From the NCBI RefSeq assembly GCF_001194135.2, contig NC_068999.1, positions 54,245,345 through 54,309,344 of the forward strand: a stretch of DNA of 64,000 nucleotides. Direction: 5' to 3'. Below, piece after piece: positions 25,959 to 36,906 of the stretch. Numbering within the stretch: the first letter of the stretch is position 1; the number at the start of each line of letters is the position of its first letter. The position numbers were made by a program, and so were the translations under genes. The stretch comes from Octopus bimaculoides (lineage: Eukaryota). The notes beneath the pieces were generated by a model. It saw only the letters and a program-made list of their open reading frames with translations. It ran no database searches and was not told the DNA's origin.

Positions 25959-28900
25959 AAGTGTATGTATATCTTTATGTATATATATACTATGTATATC
26001 AATAAATGTACTTGTGCATATGGGTGTGAGTGCATACATGCAGTATGTGTGTGTGTGTGTGAAGAAGATGAGTGTAGAAAGTTAGCTCGGACCATGTGGG
26101 CCTGTTAGTAGCTGCAATAAATTCCCATCAAAGCAAGTCGTAACAAAATGCTTGGTTGTGGCACCAACTTATAGATTTACAATAAGAGAGGCAGGATTGA
26201 TGCTTTATCTTCTGCTTTGAAAGAAGGAAGCTGGAGAAGAGATAGAGGAGGAAGAGGAGGGGAGTTTCTTTTGTTTGTTCTTATCACCAGGAAAATAGTG
26301 TATTTTGTATTGTGTACAAGGAGGAGAAAAAAGATGGTGTATGTGTGTGTGTGTGTGTGTGTGTTTTGCTCTCACTCTTTTCTCCTATTATAAATCAACA
26401 AAACATGTGTTTGTGAGTCTACAAATACACACAGAACAATGTGGGTAACTATATAGGAGTTGGGGTGTTACAATGTGAATGTGTATATATAGATATGTAC
26501 ATATGCATTTATATGTATATACATATCTCATCCTCATAATGTTATGGCTACTTAATATGCTGGCATGAGGTGGGTAGGCTGACACAGTCTGAACCAAAGC
26601 TTATTCGGAGTGATTGCCCTCATGAGCATGGTCAGAGACCACATCTTGCTCATGTTTTACTTCAGCACAGTTCCTATTGTTGGATGCCCATCAAAGCACC
26701 CACCACGTTACAGAGTGTATTGAGTGCATTTTATTTTAGCAGCTTCAGTAGAGAAGTTGTTATGTTCGCAAAATGACTAAATGTTCTCTTGACACTATAT
26801 CTTTGATCATTTACCAACCACTATATGGAATGTATCGGGTGTGTTTTATTGTAGTACTAGCACAACGAAGGTTACTTTGTACCCAGCAAGACAAAAAGAG
26901 GGTCCTTAATTCTCTATGTTACCTCTGTTCATTCAGTGCAGCATTAGTGGATAGGAGACAGAAAGGGCAACTGCAGATGATGCAGGGTGAGAGGCATAGA
27001 AAAGAAAAACTATAAGGAGGAAGTAGAGTGATTGAAGTATTAGCGTGGAAAAAGAAAACGAAGGAGAAATGAGACAGAAATGGCATGGAGTAATGGGAGA
27101 GAGATACTAATGGTAGTTACATGTTTTCAGGGTAGAAAGATAGAAAGCAAATGATGGATACTTGAGATGATAATGATTAGAGTGATGAAGGTTAATAAAA
27201 GAGTGAGCCAAGGCAGAAGGGGATTACAGTGGGTAGCACAAGAGTAAATGGAAAAGTACCTTGGCTATCAATAGATTTGATACAAACCCTTGTTATACAG
27301 GCATTGTGATGAGAGAGGTATGCTAACAGAAGCTATAAGTACACTGGTATAAAGGGAGAAGGTAGGTGGTAGGAACTGGTAGAAATGGTTTTGTGCTAAG
27401 AGAATATGATGAATGATGCTGATAAAAGGAGATGGGTGGTGAAGGGAGGAGAGAGTGTCGGGTAGGCAAGAAGGTGATATGGAAATTTAGCAGGGGGCAA
27501 AATACATGTGTGTGTGTGTGTGTAACACCATCATCAAGGCATTTGAGAGAACCTATTCCCCAGGTGCTCTTAGAGTACTTGCTGCATATGAAGTCTACTG
27601 TCTCTGTTGGCCTACCTGTGATTCCACTACACTTCTGTGTCCACTGTTTGTACCGAAATATATCATCACCATCATTATTATCATCATCATCATTTAACAT
27701 GTTTTCCATGCTGGTGTAGGTTGGATGGTTTTGACAAGAGCTAGCAAGCCAGAGAGCTGCTCCAGGCTCCAATAATCTGTTTTGGTAAGATTTCTATGGC
27801 TGAATGCCCTTCCTAATGTCAACCACTTTACAGAGTTCAGTGAGTGCTTTTATGCAGCACCAGCACAAGCGTTTTTATGTGACATTGGACACAAGCTCTT
27901 TTATGTGGTACCAGCAAAGGTGCTTTTACGTGGTACCAGCACCCACGAGTCTTCAAGAGAAGGACATCTCAGCTGAAAGAGGGACATTGAGAACATACCT
28001 GTATATATATGGACAGCCATAGTTTTACTTAGCTTGACATGTCTTCTCAAGCACAATAAACTGCCAGAAGTCTCAGTCCTTTGTCACCTCCTCTGTGAAA
28101 CCTAATGTCTGAAGATCCTTTCTCACTACTTCACCCCACATCTTCCTGGGTCTACCTTTTCCACAATTAGAGGTTGGCATTGCTTTATACAGCTCTCCAC
28201 ATCCATATGCATCACATGACCATACCAGCACAGTCTTCTCTCTTGCACGCTACGTCTGATGCCTCATATACCCAATTTCTCTCTTAAATCATTTACACTT
28301 TGCCATACATGCACACAGACATTACTAAACCAGTGCCTTTGCATGTCCTCCGTAGTCACAGCCCATGTTTCGCTGCCATAATGATGTGTGTGTGTGTGTG
28401 TGTGTGTGTGTGAACATATCCATGTGCATGTGTCCCTCTCCTCCACTTTCTCTAACTCTCCTCACATCCTTATCAAATGGAACTATCCAGAACACTTCAG
28501 CTCTACCACCATATCCCATCAACTCAAATAACTCTAATTTCTTTCACATGAAACTATTGTCTTTGAGAGTATTCTTCTTGTCATTCTTTTTTTGTTCTAT
28601 TTTCGTGTTCTTTTTTTCCTATTATATTCTTTGCTTGTGAGGAATATGGTTACAAAGATTCTTACCAATGTATGTGCGCACACATGTCTGCTACAAGTGG
28701 AAGGGTTAGGGTTAGGGTTTATAGTATAGCATGTGTAGTGTATGTATGTTAATATGCTTTGTGAGTATGTTAGTGTATGTAAGTAGATGTTGTAAGAATA
28801 TATGTCGTCCGTGTAGTGTGTATATGTTACGTTGTTTAGAGGAGTGTTTATATAGTATATGCAGTAAGTGTTGTATATGTATATGCATTGTGTGCTCATG

Positions 28901-29371
28901 TATGTGTGTGTTATACATGCACATATGTCTAAGCACAAATTTATGTTGGTAAGTGCATTCACACAAAATATGTGAGTGAGCAAACATGATCATGGATGGA
29001 TGGGTGGATTGGTCGATCAATAGATGGATGAAAATCCTACAGTGTACACATTTCAACAAGCTGTAAAAGGTAACTAATACAGTTGGGGTCAGAAAGAGGA
29101 CCTGGCTGAAAAAAAAAACAGTCTCAAAAAATTCTTGTTTAATCCATGCCAGTATGGAAAGCAGAAGTAAAACATTGATGATGATGATGGTGGCAGCAGC
29201 GGTGGTGGTGATGGTGTGTCTGTGTGTGCACCTCAATATGCAAAGACACATCCCTCTTTGAAGAGTGAGAGAGAGGGGGGAGTATGTGTGTGTGTGTGTG
29301 TGTGCATGCGCAAACGCACGTGTGCATACGACATATATGACAATGTGCCTGTGAACATCTGGATAGTCACA

Positions 29372-29424
<53 letters not shown>

Positions 29425-31946
29425 GAGGTAAGCATGAAGGTATGCAGGTAATACTTCTTGAAATATTAGTGCATGTGTGTAAATTTCATACATGATTATG
29501 AGTTAGTTGAGTTGAAGTCTTTTCTGCAGGTAAGTGCCTGTATGTATATGAATGTCTATCTATATGAAAGTCTGTGAATAAGAGAATGAATTCTTATTAC
29601 ACTGTTATGCAAACACTAAGCACATGCTACACAGTCATATACACACACTTAGCCATTGTGTACTCACATAGACACACAGAGACTACAGGCACAGCCACTG
29701 TGTGAACACACCACCACTATATATACACACTGACACTGTATTCACACACACACACATTGCCCTTACACTGACACTGTACATACACAAACACAGGGCCAGT
29801 GGATACACATCACCTGGATTGGCCACAGCATTCAGTCCATTCCCCTCTGTTCTTGCCATTTTGTGTCCAATTTGGATGTGCATGTGTATACACAAACACA
29901 TCCAAATTATGCACAAAACGCTGCCAATGTGTAGACACACATGGCCAATATATTCGCCCACAACACACAGACATGTTTTATTGTTAGCATGGCACATTAT
30001 GGCTTTGGCCTAAGTCACTCTGCCCTTAATGTACAATGATGATAGTGGCAGTGACTGCAATGATGTGTTCAGTTCTCAGTAATGAAGAGTTTGCATTCAT
30101 AACTTGACATTCCTTCATTGTTTGAAGAAGAATACTAAACAAAAAACCAAAACTGTGATCAAATGTACTGGTGAGTTTCAGAGACAGACCACCTAGTAGG
30201 CACTTTAATGGTGTTTGCTAGTGATCTACAATTTTCTAACTACCACATATAATGCAAGTGACAGGTTTATATACCTTAGCAAATATTCCTTTAGATTACA
30301 ATAGTTAGAACTGTAAGTGTTCCACTTCTAATATTTGCTGCAGTTCTTTGGAAGGTGGCAGGCTAGCAGAACTGTTAGCATGCTGGCCAAAATACTTAGC
30401 AGCATTTGTCCATCTTTACATTCTGAGTTCAAATGCTGCCACGGTCAGCTTCACCTTTCAGTCTTTCAGAATCAATAAAATATGTACCAGTCAATCACTA
30501 TGGTCACTGTAATCGACTCACCCCTTTCCCCAAAATTGCTGGCCTTGTGCCAAAATTTGAAACTACTATTTACTATAGTTTAGTTCTCCCTCCACGTCAT
30601 TGTTTTCATGTCCATTATTCGATGCTGGATGAGGCTTAAGTGATGCAATAGTCTCAAGGCAGATGCTCGACCTGATGCCAACTTTTGATTGCAAGTAACA
30701 TACTTTATCCCATGTTTTCGCAATGCTACCACTATACAAACAGTGTCACTGCAAACACATACAGGGACAAACAAGCACACACACACGACAAAACTTCCAT
30801 ACTATTTCTGTGTACCAAATTTCACTCACAAGGTATCTGATACAACCATGTAATTTCAAGATTGAATCTGAAATCACATGGGCGTGAAGTAAACTTCTTA
30901 ACCACACAGCCATGACTATGCCTCATACATTATTGAAACAATAATACCAGAGTCTCTCGTTATAATCAATATGATTATAACATTGGCTGAGCATTACAAC
31001 AAAGCACACATATACAAAAAGCCACTGGGTTAGTCAATCTATAGCTTCTTAATATTTTAACATTTAAACCAGTCATATCCAGCCAAAATATTCTTCCTGT
31101 TTTATGTTCAAACCAGCCAGATCAAGCATCTCACACCTACCCTACAATATCTTTCTAAAAATAAACAATCAAATCATTGAAATCTCAAAGTTACAAGATA
31201 ATGCATGATTAATTCAAAACAATGTGAATAAATAAGCATTAATTTGACCAAGTAATCTGAATGCTAAAAGATTAATCCATTTGATCAAAACAAGTAACAA
31301 AGAAAATTTCAAAGTAGAACTTCAGTTCATTTGCTGTTTTTCTATGCTGGGATAGGTTGGATGGGTACATATTTGCAGTAGTATTTTAATAGTAGGATGC
31401 TCTTCCTGTCATGTTTATCTGTTTTACAAGTAAGGGATTGTCTTTTTTGTTCCACTAGTTTAAGAGTGTACAGCTACAAGATGTAACGTTCACTAATAAC
31501 ATAAACACTACAACACCATTTTATATTTTTGCTCAGACTATCTTACATACAAAGTAGAAATGACAATTTTTACACACACACACACAAAGGACTTCCATGT
31601 AGTTATCATCTACCAATCACAAGGTAATAATAGAAGACATTTGCCCAAGGTACTATGAAGTGGGACTGAACCAAAAATTACATGGTTGCAAGGCAAAGAT
31701 CTTACTACACAACCGTACCTGTGCTTTATCAATAAGAAATTCCATATTGCAAAGTAAAAATAAAAATAAATAAAAATAAATAAAGTAAGCATATACAAAA
31801 ATCACTCTATTTTCAATTGAATCAATCTAAACAGTTCTTACGTCATAATATTCCTTACTGCTAGCAGTTTTGATTGCCATAATCCAGTCTTCCATTTCTT
31901 TCCTGCTTTCCGCACATAATATTAAATTACGAGAAGGAGTAATAAC
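3399..31946 (-). CDS. DGKD: Type II diacylglycerol kinase (delta/eta-like), partial multi-exon gene: 17 exons, about 650 codons; continues beyond the left edge, 5' PH exons not found
   Basis: Manually spliced exons give one open frame: PH C-terminus, C1a ([17 protein letters not shown]...), C1b ([14 protein letters not shown]...), catalytic motifs [22 protein letters not shown] and [13 protein letters not shown], and linker motifs YEDSV, LCETVK and [27 protein letters not shown] typical of DGK delta/eta. All introns are GT-AG with matching phases. The symbol is approximate: an invertebrate gene would be co-orthologous to DGKD/DGKH/DGKK. Confidence 0.95.
4779..4844 (-). CDS. DGKD: Candidate DGK linker exon ([22 protein letters not shown])
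   Basis: Acceptor ttacacag, donor gttagt, 66 nt, open in the phase 1-1 frame set by its neighbours. No family motif recognised, so it could be a cassette or spurious. Confidence 0.65.
4900..5125. repeat. Degenerate about 17-19-bp minisatellite (acagtctcattagagac-like)
   Basis: Recurring cagtctcatta / aatctcatta cores, lying on the 5' side (transcript direction) of exon 4779-4844. Confidence 0.7.
5612..5831. mobile_element. piggyBac-like MITE (about 220 bp)
   Basis: Termini CCCTTTAGCATT...AATGCTAAAGGG followed by TTAA. Related copies at 51788-52007, about 31053-31271 and 35476-35679, with partial copies at about 870-964 and 25070-25160. Confidence 0.75.
6174..6392 (-). CDS. DGKD: DGK linker exon ([24 protein letters not shown]...HPSQLKLA)
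   Basis: Acceptor ttttatattgtag, donor gtaagt, 219 nt, phase 1-1; begins with the conserved AVDEQNAQT. Confidence 0.92.
6821..7171. mobile_element. Two inverted 5' halves of a tRNA-derived SINE joined by (TG)n
   Basis: Starts GGCACAGGAGTGGCTGTGTGGTAAG and ends CTTACCACACAGCCACTCCTGTGCC; arms of about 160 bp. Confidence 0.85.
7415..7502 (-). CDS. DGKD: DGK exon ([29 protein letters not shown])
   Basis: Acceptor attaaag, donor gtttgt, 88 nt, phase 0-1; highly conserved family motif. Confidence 0.94.
7690..7990 (+). mobile_element. CR1/L2-clade LINE 3' end, degraded
   Basis: Residual translation resembles the C-terminal YFHG-CSSELA...SVFPSS pattern of such ORF2s; heavily mutated. Confidence 0.45.
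8074..8446. mobile_element. hAT-type MITE
   Basis: TIR CAGTGGTTCTCAAC / GTTGAGAACCCCTA; flanking 8-mers ctttaaac and ctttggac (degraded TSD). Same family as 22825-23232. Confidence 0.75.
8793..8906 (-). CDS. DGKD: DGK linker exon ([38 protein letters not shown])
   Basis: Acceptor ctgttccag, donor gtaaga, 114 nt, phase 0-0. Poorly conserved sequence; supported by splice signals, phase and position. Confidence 0.8.
9726..9788 (-). CDS. DGKD: DGK exon ([21 protein letters not shown])
   Basis: Acceptor cttccag, donor gtaaga, 63 nt, phase 0-0; matches CxxLxEKLDSLLKTL. Confidence 0.9.
11101..11197 (-). CDS. DGKD: DGK exon ([32 protein letters not shown])
   Basis: Acceptor tttttcag, donor gtaagt, 97 nt, phase 2-0; contains LCETVK(D/E)FV. 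Confidence 0.93.
11744..12254 (-). mobile_element. Tc1/mariner non-autonomous element
   Basis: TA-flanked TIRs cagggtgtcccagaattaactatctattt / aaatagatagttaactttgaggcactctg. The minus strand retains a transposase C-terminus [27 protein letters not shown]...RAHVENFH*. Confidence 0.85.
13227..13321 (-). CDS. DGKD: DGK exon ([32 protein letters not shown])
   Basis: Acceptor ttttcttcag, donor gtatgt, 95 nt, phase 0-2. Matches the family motif YEDSVAxHLxKILxSDxHxVVIxSAK. Confidence 0.93.
14289..14621. repeat. About 330-bp fold-back (palindromic MITE-like) element
   Basis: Left arm ttttatttgtgggttaacaaagctaccaatggtttcatgtagagagaaat... is the reverse complement, with mismatches, of the right arm ...tctctacatgaaaccactggtagccttgttaagccaaaaataaa, continuing to a centre near 14450. 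Confidence 0.85.
15114..15171 (-). CDS. DGKD: DGK exon ([19 protein letters not shown])
   Basis: Acceptor ctccctcag, 58 nt, phase 2-0; completes the conserved MLDR|WSI motif. The donor gttgct is weak, so the 3' end is slightly uncertain. Confidence 0.88.
15553..15692 (-). CDS. DGKD: DGK exon ([47 protein letters not shown])
   Basis: Acceptor gtttcag, donor gtatgt, 140 nt, phase 0-2. Confidence 0.96.
16870..16978 (-). CDS. DGKD: DGK exon with ATP-binding GGDG motif ([36 protein letters not shown])
   Basis: Acceptor ctttgcag, donor gtatgt, 109 nt, phase 2-0. Confidence 0.96.
18114..18196 (-). CDS. DGKD: DGK exon ([28 protein letters not shown])
   Basis: Acceptor attttag, donor gtaagt, 83 nt, phase 0-2. 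Near-identical to the conserved DGK delta/eta segment. Confidence 0.96.
18338..18675 (-). mobile_element. tRNA-derived SINE, fairly intact copy
   Basis: tRNA-like head at the right end (B-box-like GAGTCCGAATCCC on the minus strand). Related heads at about 9480-9640, 19900-19970 and 24445-24590. Confidence 0.7.
18696..19553. mobile_element. Mariner derivative made of two inverted 5' ends
   Basis: TA-flanked. The plus strand encodes a degraded mariner N-terminus ([57 protein letters not shown]). The right arm on the minus strand also starts [20 protein letters not shown]. Confidence 0.88.
20130..20485 (+). mobile_element. Non-autonomous Helentron/DINE-1-like element (tentative)
   Basis: GGCGGAGGT near the 5' end, internal (GTTT)n, GATGAAACTT motif, and a 3' GGCAGAGGTTTGCAC..GAGTGCTCTTGTT end, as in that class. 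Classification is from memory of the architecture only. Confidence 0.45.
20603..20903 (-). mobile_element. CpG-rich (young) SINE nested inside an older SINE (about 20487-20960)
   Basis: The host motif tttcatcctttc|ggggtcgataaaataagtaccag is split by this insertion, which carries a (CAT)n end shared with copies at about 27670, 43460 and 53900. Confidence 0.7.
21087..21266 (-). CDS. DGKD: DGK exon: C1b end and catalytic domain start ([18 protein letters not shown]...[15 protein letters not shown])
   Basis: Acceptor ccttcag, donor gtgagt, 180 nt, phase 0-0. Lies within ORF 21024..21293. Confidence 0.96.
22437..22562 (-). CDS. DGKD: DGK exon: C1b first half ([42 protein letters not shown])
   Basis: Acceptor ttctgcag, donor gtaagc, 126 nt, phase 0-0. 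Translated by hand; this frame is not in the ORF track. Confidence 0.96.
22555..22824. repeat. 147-bp-period tandem duplication including the acceptor of exon 22437-22562
   Basis: atgtgtatctgcagaacaga(c/a)atgagaacttt... starts at both 22555 and 22702, and similarity continues to ...atgctttacat. Confidence 0.9.
22825..23232. mobile_element. hAT-type MITE with perfect 8-bp TSD and a nested SINE fragment (about 22870-23045)
   Basis: 14-bp TIR CAGTGGTTCTCAAC...GTTGAGAACCACTG; TSD CTTTACAT at 22817-22824 and 23233-23240. Confidence 0.9.
23732..23962. repeat. Long (GA)n microsatellite spanning an assembly gap (N 23807-23898)
   Basis: Directly visible. Other large microsatellites include (GAA)n about 2220, (GAT)n about 6008, (TTA)n about 20965, (TA)n about 46540, 53985, 63162 and 63930. 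Confidence 0.95.
24852..24958 (-). CDS. DGKD: DGK exon: C1a second half ([36 protein letters not shown])
   Basis: Acceptor ttttgtcag, donor gtaagt, 107 nt, phase 1-0. Confidence 0.96.
25495..25627 (-). CDS. DGKD: DGK exon: C1a first half ([44 protein letters not shown])
   Basis: Acceptor tttcag, donor gtatgt, 133 nt, phase 0-1. Lies within ORF 25427..25699. Confidence 0.96.
28020..28385 (-). mobile_element. RTE-clade LINE 3' fragment
   Basis: Reverse complement matches the 37248-37685 fragment (YGSETWAVT...LREKLGI...RRL.WYGHV). Confidence 0.8.
31842..31946 (-). CDS. DGKD: DGK exon: C-terminal PH domain ([35 protein letters not shown])
   Basis: Acceptor tctcttgcag, donor gtaaga, 105 nt, phase 0-0. 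Matches the PH last strand and helix with the invariant Trp. Confidence 0.93.
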
Positions 31947-32789
31947 CTGCAAGAGAAGAAAACTTGTCAGGAAATGGAAAAATAATCAACACAAACTGAG
32001 AACCACAAATCAAAAATTCTCTTTCAATAAATCTTGCTACTTTTTCATAAAATTAAACTAAATTCTAAAGTGACGTCAAACTGTAATTTTTTTGTAACAG
32101 TAAGTAAAGTAAGAGAAATTTAGAATTACACCATTTCCTTTAGAGCAGAGCCAGTCAAATTGTAGGACAGTGCCACTTCCTTTAAACCAGACCCCAATCT
32201 GATTTTATTCAGACTAATTCAATCATTGGTTTCAAATTTTGGCACAAGGCCAGCAGTTTTGAGGGAGGGAGCCAAATCAATTAAATCAACCCCAATGCCC
32301 AACTGGTTCTTATTTTATCGATTCTGGCAATAATGATGATGATAATAAAGGATGAAAGGCAAAGTCAACTTTGATGAAATTTGAACGAAATGTCGCTAAA
32401 CATCTTGCCTCGCATGCTAATGATTCTGCCAAATCACTGCCTTATCATTGATAATGCTACATGGTTAAGAAGTTCACTTCCCAACCACATGGTTTCAGGT
32501 TCAGTCCCACTACATGACACCTTGTGTATATAGCCCCAGGCCGATCAAAGCTTTGTGTATAGATTTGATAAATGGAAACTGAAAGAAGCCCTGTGTGTGT
32601 GTGTGATTGTGTGTATGTGTGTTTCCCTGTCTTGATATTGCATATTAGTTATAAATGTGTGTCACTTTCATAAAAGCAGTGCCATTCATTTCCAATACTC
32701 TGTGAAAATAAGTCCAGAGCCATGGGGAAATGTTAACTTGCTTAGAAACTGATGAGGGTTGGTGACAGGAAGGGCATCCAGCCGAGCCA

Positions 32790-33480
32790 TGCAAGGATGG
32801 AGAAATGATAACGATACGCCAAAAGGTTATCTAAAAGCCAACGACTGTTTAATGTCTCACAAATACATAAAAAGGCTTCAGCTGTAGAGTTGAAAGAGTT
32901 TGTAGCTGAAGCAACCAGAAGCTCAAATACAATGGGAGAGGTGAAAGAGTTTAAAGACAAGCTGCCAGAAGTTGAGAGAGCTTGCAGACCATAAGCTGCA
33001 CAAAGACATCTTTTAGTTTCTGGTCAGGTGTTCTTCGGGTATTATAGTGAGGGGTAAATACCTTGCAGGTATGGTAAGCAGCATTCTTCACCTGCACAGC
33101 ATTACAGCTGTAAATGAGCCAGTTTGGGACTTTGGACATGAGAGAAATGTGGAGAGACATGCAAAGGTAGATGGTATCAATCAGCAAACAACTGTCACAA
33201 ACATGTCAGAGGGGAAACATAGGACTAACAGAGCTATCAGTTTGCAAACTATCAAAGGGTTCAATAAGAAAATTGAAGTTTAGCTCCATTAAGTAGGCAG
33301 TGGTCAGATGAGCTGTTGAAAGGAGAAAAGTAAGTGACTAAGTAAATGTTGGGTTTGATGGTGAAGAATGTTTTGAAGTGTTGGTGTATTGGTCAGGGGT
33401 ACAGTTGGCTGAAGATGCTAATTAGTGCCGACAGGTTTACAATAGTAAATAACACAGGTTCTGTACCTCCAATGGAGGTG
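32790..33480 (-). mobile_element. CR1/L2-clade LINE ORF2 fragment (endonuclease end and linker), degraded
   Basis: Minus-strand residual translation includes FTIKPNIYLVTYFSPFNSSSDHCLL (APE SDH motif) and SLNSFTSPIVF...NSTAEAF; many stops and frameshifts. Confidence 0.55.
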
Positions 33481-33779
33481 TAGATTGAGTGAAAGACACA
33501 AAATGAGTCACATGCAATGAAATCACCAAGAATTATGATGACTTGAAAGAGAGAGAGACAGACAGAGTCAAACAGACAGACAGACAGATATCAATACAAG
33601 ATGAGAAGTACTTGGATATCTGCTAATGGTTGGAATAGTTTGGAGAGCAACAGAGGCAGCAAAAGAAAGAACTCAAAAGAGTGGAAAAGATGGTTATGGT
33701 GTTGGCAATAATATTACTGCTGATAGCAATGATGATATGACAATGAGAAAGGTGATGGTGGCAATAATGATGATGATGA

Positions 33780-33930
33780 TGGATTGTAATAGCAGCGATA
33801 ATAGCAATAGTAGTAGTGATGATGATGATGAGGATGATGAGGAGGATGATGATGAGGAGGATGATGATGAGGAGGATGATGATGAGGAGGATGATGATGA
33901 GGAGGATGATGAGGAGGAGGATGATGATGC
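33780..33930. repeat. Compound (GAT)/(GAG) trinucleotide repeat
   Basis: gatgatgatgaggag units; source of the poly-acidic ORF 33626..33982. Confidence 0.9.
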
Positions 33931-34688
33931 AGTACAAATTTTAAAAAAGAAAAAAAGAAAAAGAAAATCTATAAAAACTTGACTAGATCTTGTCCTATTG
34001 ATTTATTGGCTGTGACTACTGTGTAGGTCTGTCTATGAAGAATAGCAAGAGACGGTGAATATGCTACTTTTGAGAGCCTCACCATTAGAGAACTTTCTTC
34101 AGAACACCACCAGTCTCAGCACTACAGTCACAAGGCTTCACTGCCTCCACCACTGCCACCTCCACCATCCATCACCTGTTTGTTCTTGTCTCTCAACAGA
34201 TACACCAAACAGATCAATAACAAAGCTTGTCACCTTCCAACCACCACCACTGAAAAATGTGGCTGTTTTTATCGTTGTTGAGTGGTGGAGATATGATGGT
34301 GGTCACAGTTCCAGGTACCTCTCCACCTATACCACTCCTAATACTACACCTCTTAAGGTATGCAGTCATTGATGTGGGTCACAAATGATTTGACCCAGTA
34401 AAACATAACTAATTTGCATACATGGATTGTACAGCATTGTATGTGTGTGTGTGTATGTGTGTGCACACATCTGTGTGTGGGTATGTGCATGTATCAGTTT
34501 GTGTGGTTGTATGTACATGTGTGTATGACAGGCTGTTGATGGGGATGATGCATGTTTCTATAAATGAATGTGAGAATTTCTGTGTCTTTTAGGTGCATAC
34601 AAGTAGCTATGTGCATGTATGTCTGTGTACATGCATATATGCATAAATAAATATATATGCACTAATTGCTTCAGGGAAGATGTACAAA

Positions 34689-34725
<37 letters not shown>

Positions 34726-35240
34726 AGAGAGAAAGAGAGCCATTGGTTGTCGATGGGTAAATGTATATATACATGTAGGCAAAAAACATAAGAATGTGAA
34801 TGCTCAAGTATTTATGCATATATAACAATGCACATGTGCATGTGTATGAGAGAGAAAGAGTGGGGACATGCATGTATGTATGTGTGTGTATTCCAAAAAT
34901 GTACACAACCTGCCGGCTCCACCCAGTTTCTGTCAAGCAGACATATAGGGCAACAGCTATTCTGTTTCTGTAGCATAACATTTTTCTTGTTAGAGCAGGT
35001 TCTCAACAAATACACACCATTGTATGTGTGTATGTTTGTGTATGCATCTGTGTGTGCAGACGTGTGTGTGTGTGTGTGCCTACTGATCACAAGGACATAA
35101 AGAGGAGGGCATGGTAGTAATCACTAAATATATTTTATTTGTAGTAATATGTTTGTGTATGTGTCTAAGTAAGAGAAAATTAAATCAATTGCTCAAGAAG
35201 TTATTCTGTCAAATGCTCAGATTGTATTTCTTCACAGATC

Positions 35241-35327
35241 TAAGATCTAGTGGACCTTATTTTTTCATTTAAGATCTATTGGACCTTATTTTTTCATTTA
35301 AGATCTATTGGACCTTATTTTAGCATT
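35241..35327. repeat. 29-bp tandem repeat, 3 copies
   Basis: taagatcta(g/t)tggaccttattttttcatt starting at 35241, 35270 and 35299. Confidence 0.95.
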
Positions 35328-35692
35328 TAAATTTTGGGATATGGCCCAAAATTTTCAACTTGTTTAATGTTCAAATTATCCAGATCTGGCCTCTTACATC
35401 TACCTAACAATGTCATTCAACACATAAGCAATCACACCATTGAAATCTCATATCTACAAGATAATGCATGATTAACCCATTAGCATTTAATCTGGTCATA
35501 TCTGGCCCAAATATTCTTCTTGTTTTATGTTGCAACTGACCACATCAAACCCCTCACACCTACCTTACAATGTCATTCTAAAAATATACAAACGTATCAT
35601 TGACATCTTGAAGCTACAAGATAATGCATGATTAATCCAAAACAATTACGTTTGACAGAGTAATCTGACTGCTAAAGGGTTTAATGTGTTAC

Positions 35693-36077
35693 TCTCTTTT
35701 ACTTGTTTCAGTCATTTGACTGCAGCCATGCTGGAGCACCGCCTTTAGTCGAGCAAATCAACCCCAGGACTTATTCTTTGTAAGCCTAGTACTTACTCTA
35801 TCAATCTCTTTTGCCGAACTGCTAGGTTACAGGGACGTAAACACACCAGCATTGGTTGTCAAGCGATGTTGGGGGGACAAACACAGACACACAAACGCAC
35901 ATACATATATATACATATACATATATACGACAGGCTTCTTTTCAGTTTCCGTCTACCAAATCCACTCACAAGGCTTTGGTTGGCCTGAGGCTATAGTAGA
36001 AAACATTTGCCCAAGGTGCCACACAGTGGGACTGAACCCAGAACCATGTGGTTGGTAAGCAAGCTACTTACCACACG
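35693..36077 (-). mobile_element. Full-length copy of the most abundant tRNA-derived SINE family (head, core, internal microsatellite, tail)
   Basis: Many related full or partial copies across the window, for example about 10320-10480, 11390-11690, 16550-16790, 38650-39090, 42330-42620, 52500-52870 and 57915-58440. Confidence 0.85.
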
Positions 36078-36084
36078 ATGGCTT

Positions 36085-36505
36085 TTGGCTCTATGTGGCC
36101 AGACTGCTTCCAGGACTTCAAAAGTTTTCCACAAGTAGAAAGTCCATCTCAAATTCCGAAAGATATTGTAACACTCATGAATACTGCAGGGTTTGAAGAA
36201 GCCGTAGAGTACGATTTGACTGAGATGCTAGTGTCCCATAGAGAAAGTTTATCTAACGAGGAGCTGAAGCTAGTAGAACATAAACAAGCTGAGAATACAA
36301 ATGAGAATATGGAAATTCCAACGACTACCTTTTAAGTTAACTGCAAAGAATGTAGGTAAAGGATTAGCACTTATAGAGAAAGGGCTGTTGCTAATAACAA
36401 CCCTAATCAATAAACATAGCATAAAAATTACTATACTTTATACATAGAGCTGTATAAAGAAATGATGTGCCATAAACATCAAACACTTTTGGATAAGTTC
36501 TTAGC
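36085..36505 (+). mobile_element. Tigger/pogo transposase C-terminal remnant
   Basis: ORF 36048..36335: WPDCFQDFKSF...KDIVTLMNTAGFEEAVEYDLTEMLVSHRESLSNEELKLVE, the typical Tigger C-terminal acidic region. Confidence 0.75.
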
Positions 36506-36906
36506 CCATCAAGCAGATGATGATGGTGATGTTGATGATGATGATAGAAGATAATGTCCCTCATCCTCCCACTAATTTTCATTCCATCACCACCCATCAG
36601 ATACGTCAACATTTTTTGTGGTACGATATTACAATTCTTATTCTCTAATGTATTTCACTTCAAATGTTTTTATGTATTCATATTATACTGTGTATATTTA
36701 GAAATTGCTATTTTCATGCATTAAAACGGTCGGGTTGCTTGTTCTTTTGTGGGGCTTTTTTGCTTGTTTTTTTTTGGGGGGGGGGGTTGCGAAAATATCC
36801 ATTGGAATGCATTATCATTTTATAACAATGGAGAAAATTAATTTTGCATTACAGCAAGTTTTTCAGGGATGCATTACTCACATGACATAAGGAATTCCTG
36901 TATATA

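Noticed and set aside
28701-28720. (TTAGGG)n telomere-like run
   Set aside because: Only about 2.5 units; too short to call an interstitial telomeric site.
33626-33982. 118-aa poly-Asp/Glu ORF ending in a basic KKKKRKRK stretch, superficially like an acidic nuclear protein
   Set aside because: Entirely explained by compound (GAT)/(GAG) repeats and an A-rich run; no splice context or domain similarity.
34180-34252. Exon-like minus-strand segment reading WWWLEGDKLCY, faintly like the PH strand LRGRTLYY
   Set aside because: An in-frame TGA follows immediately, and the open frame has no PH similarity.
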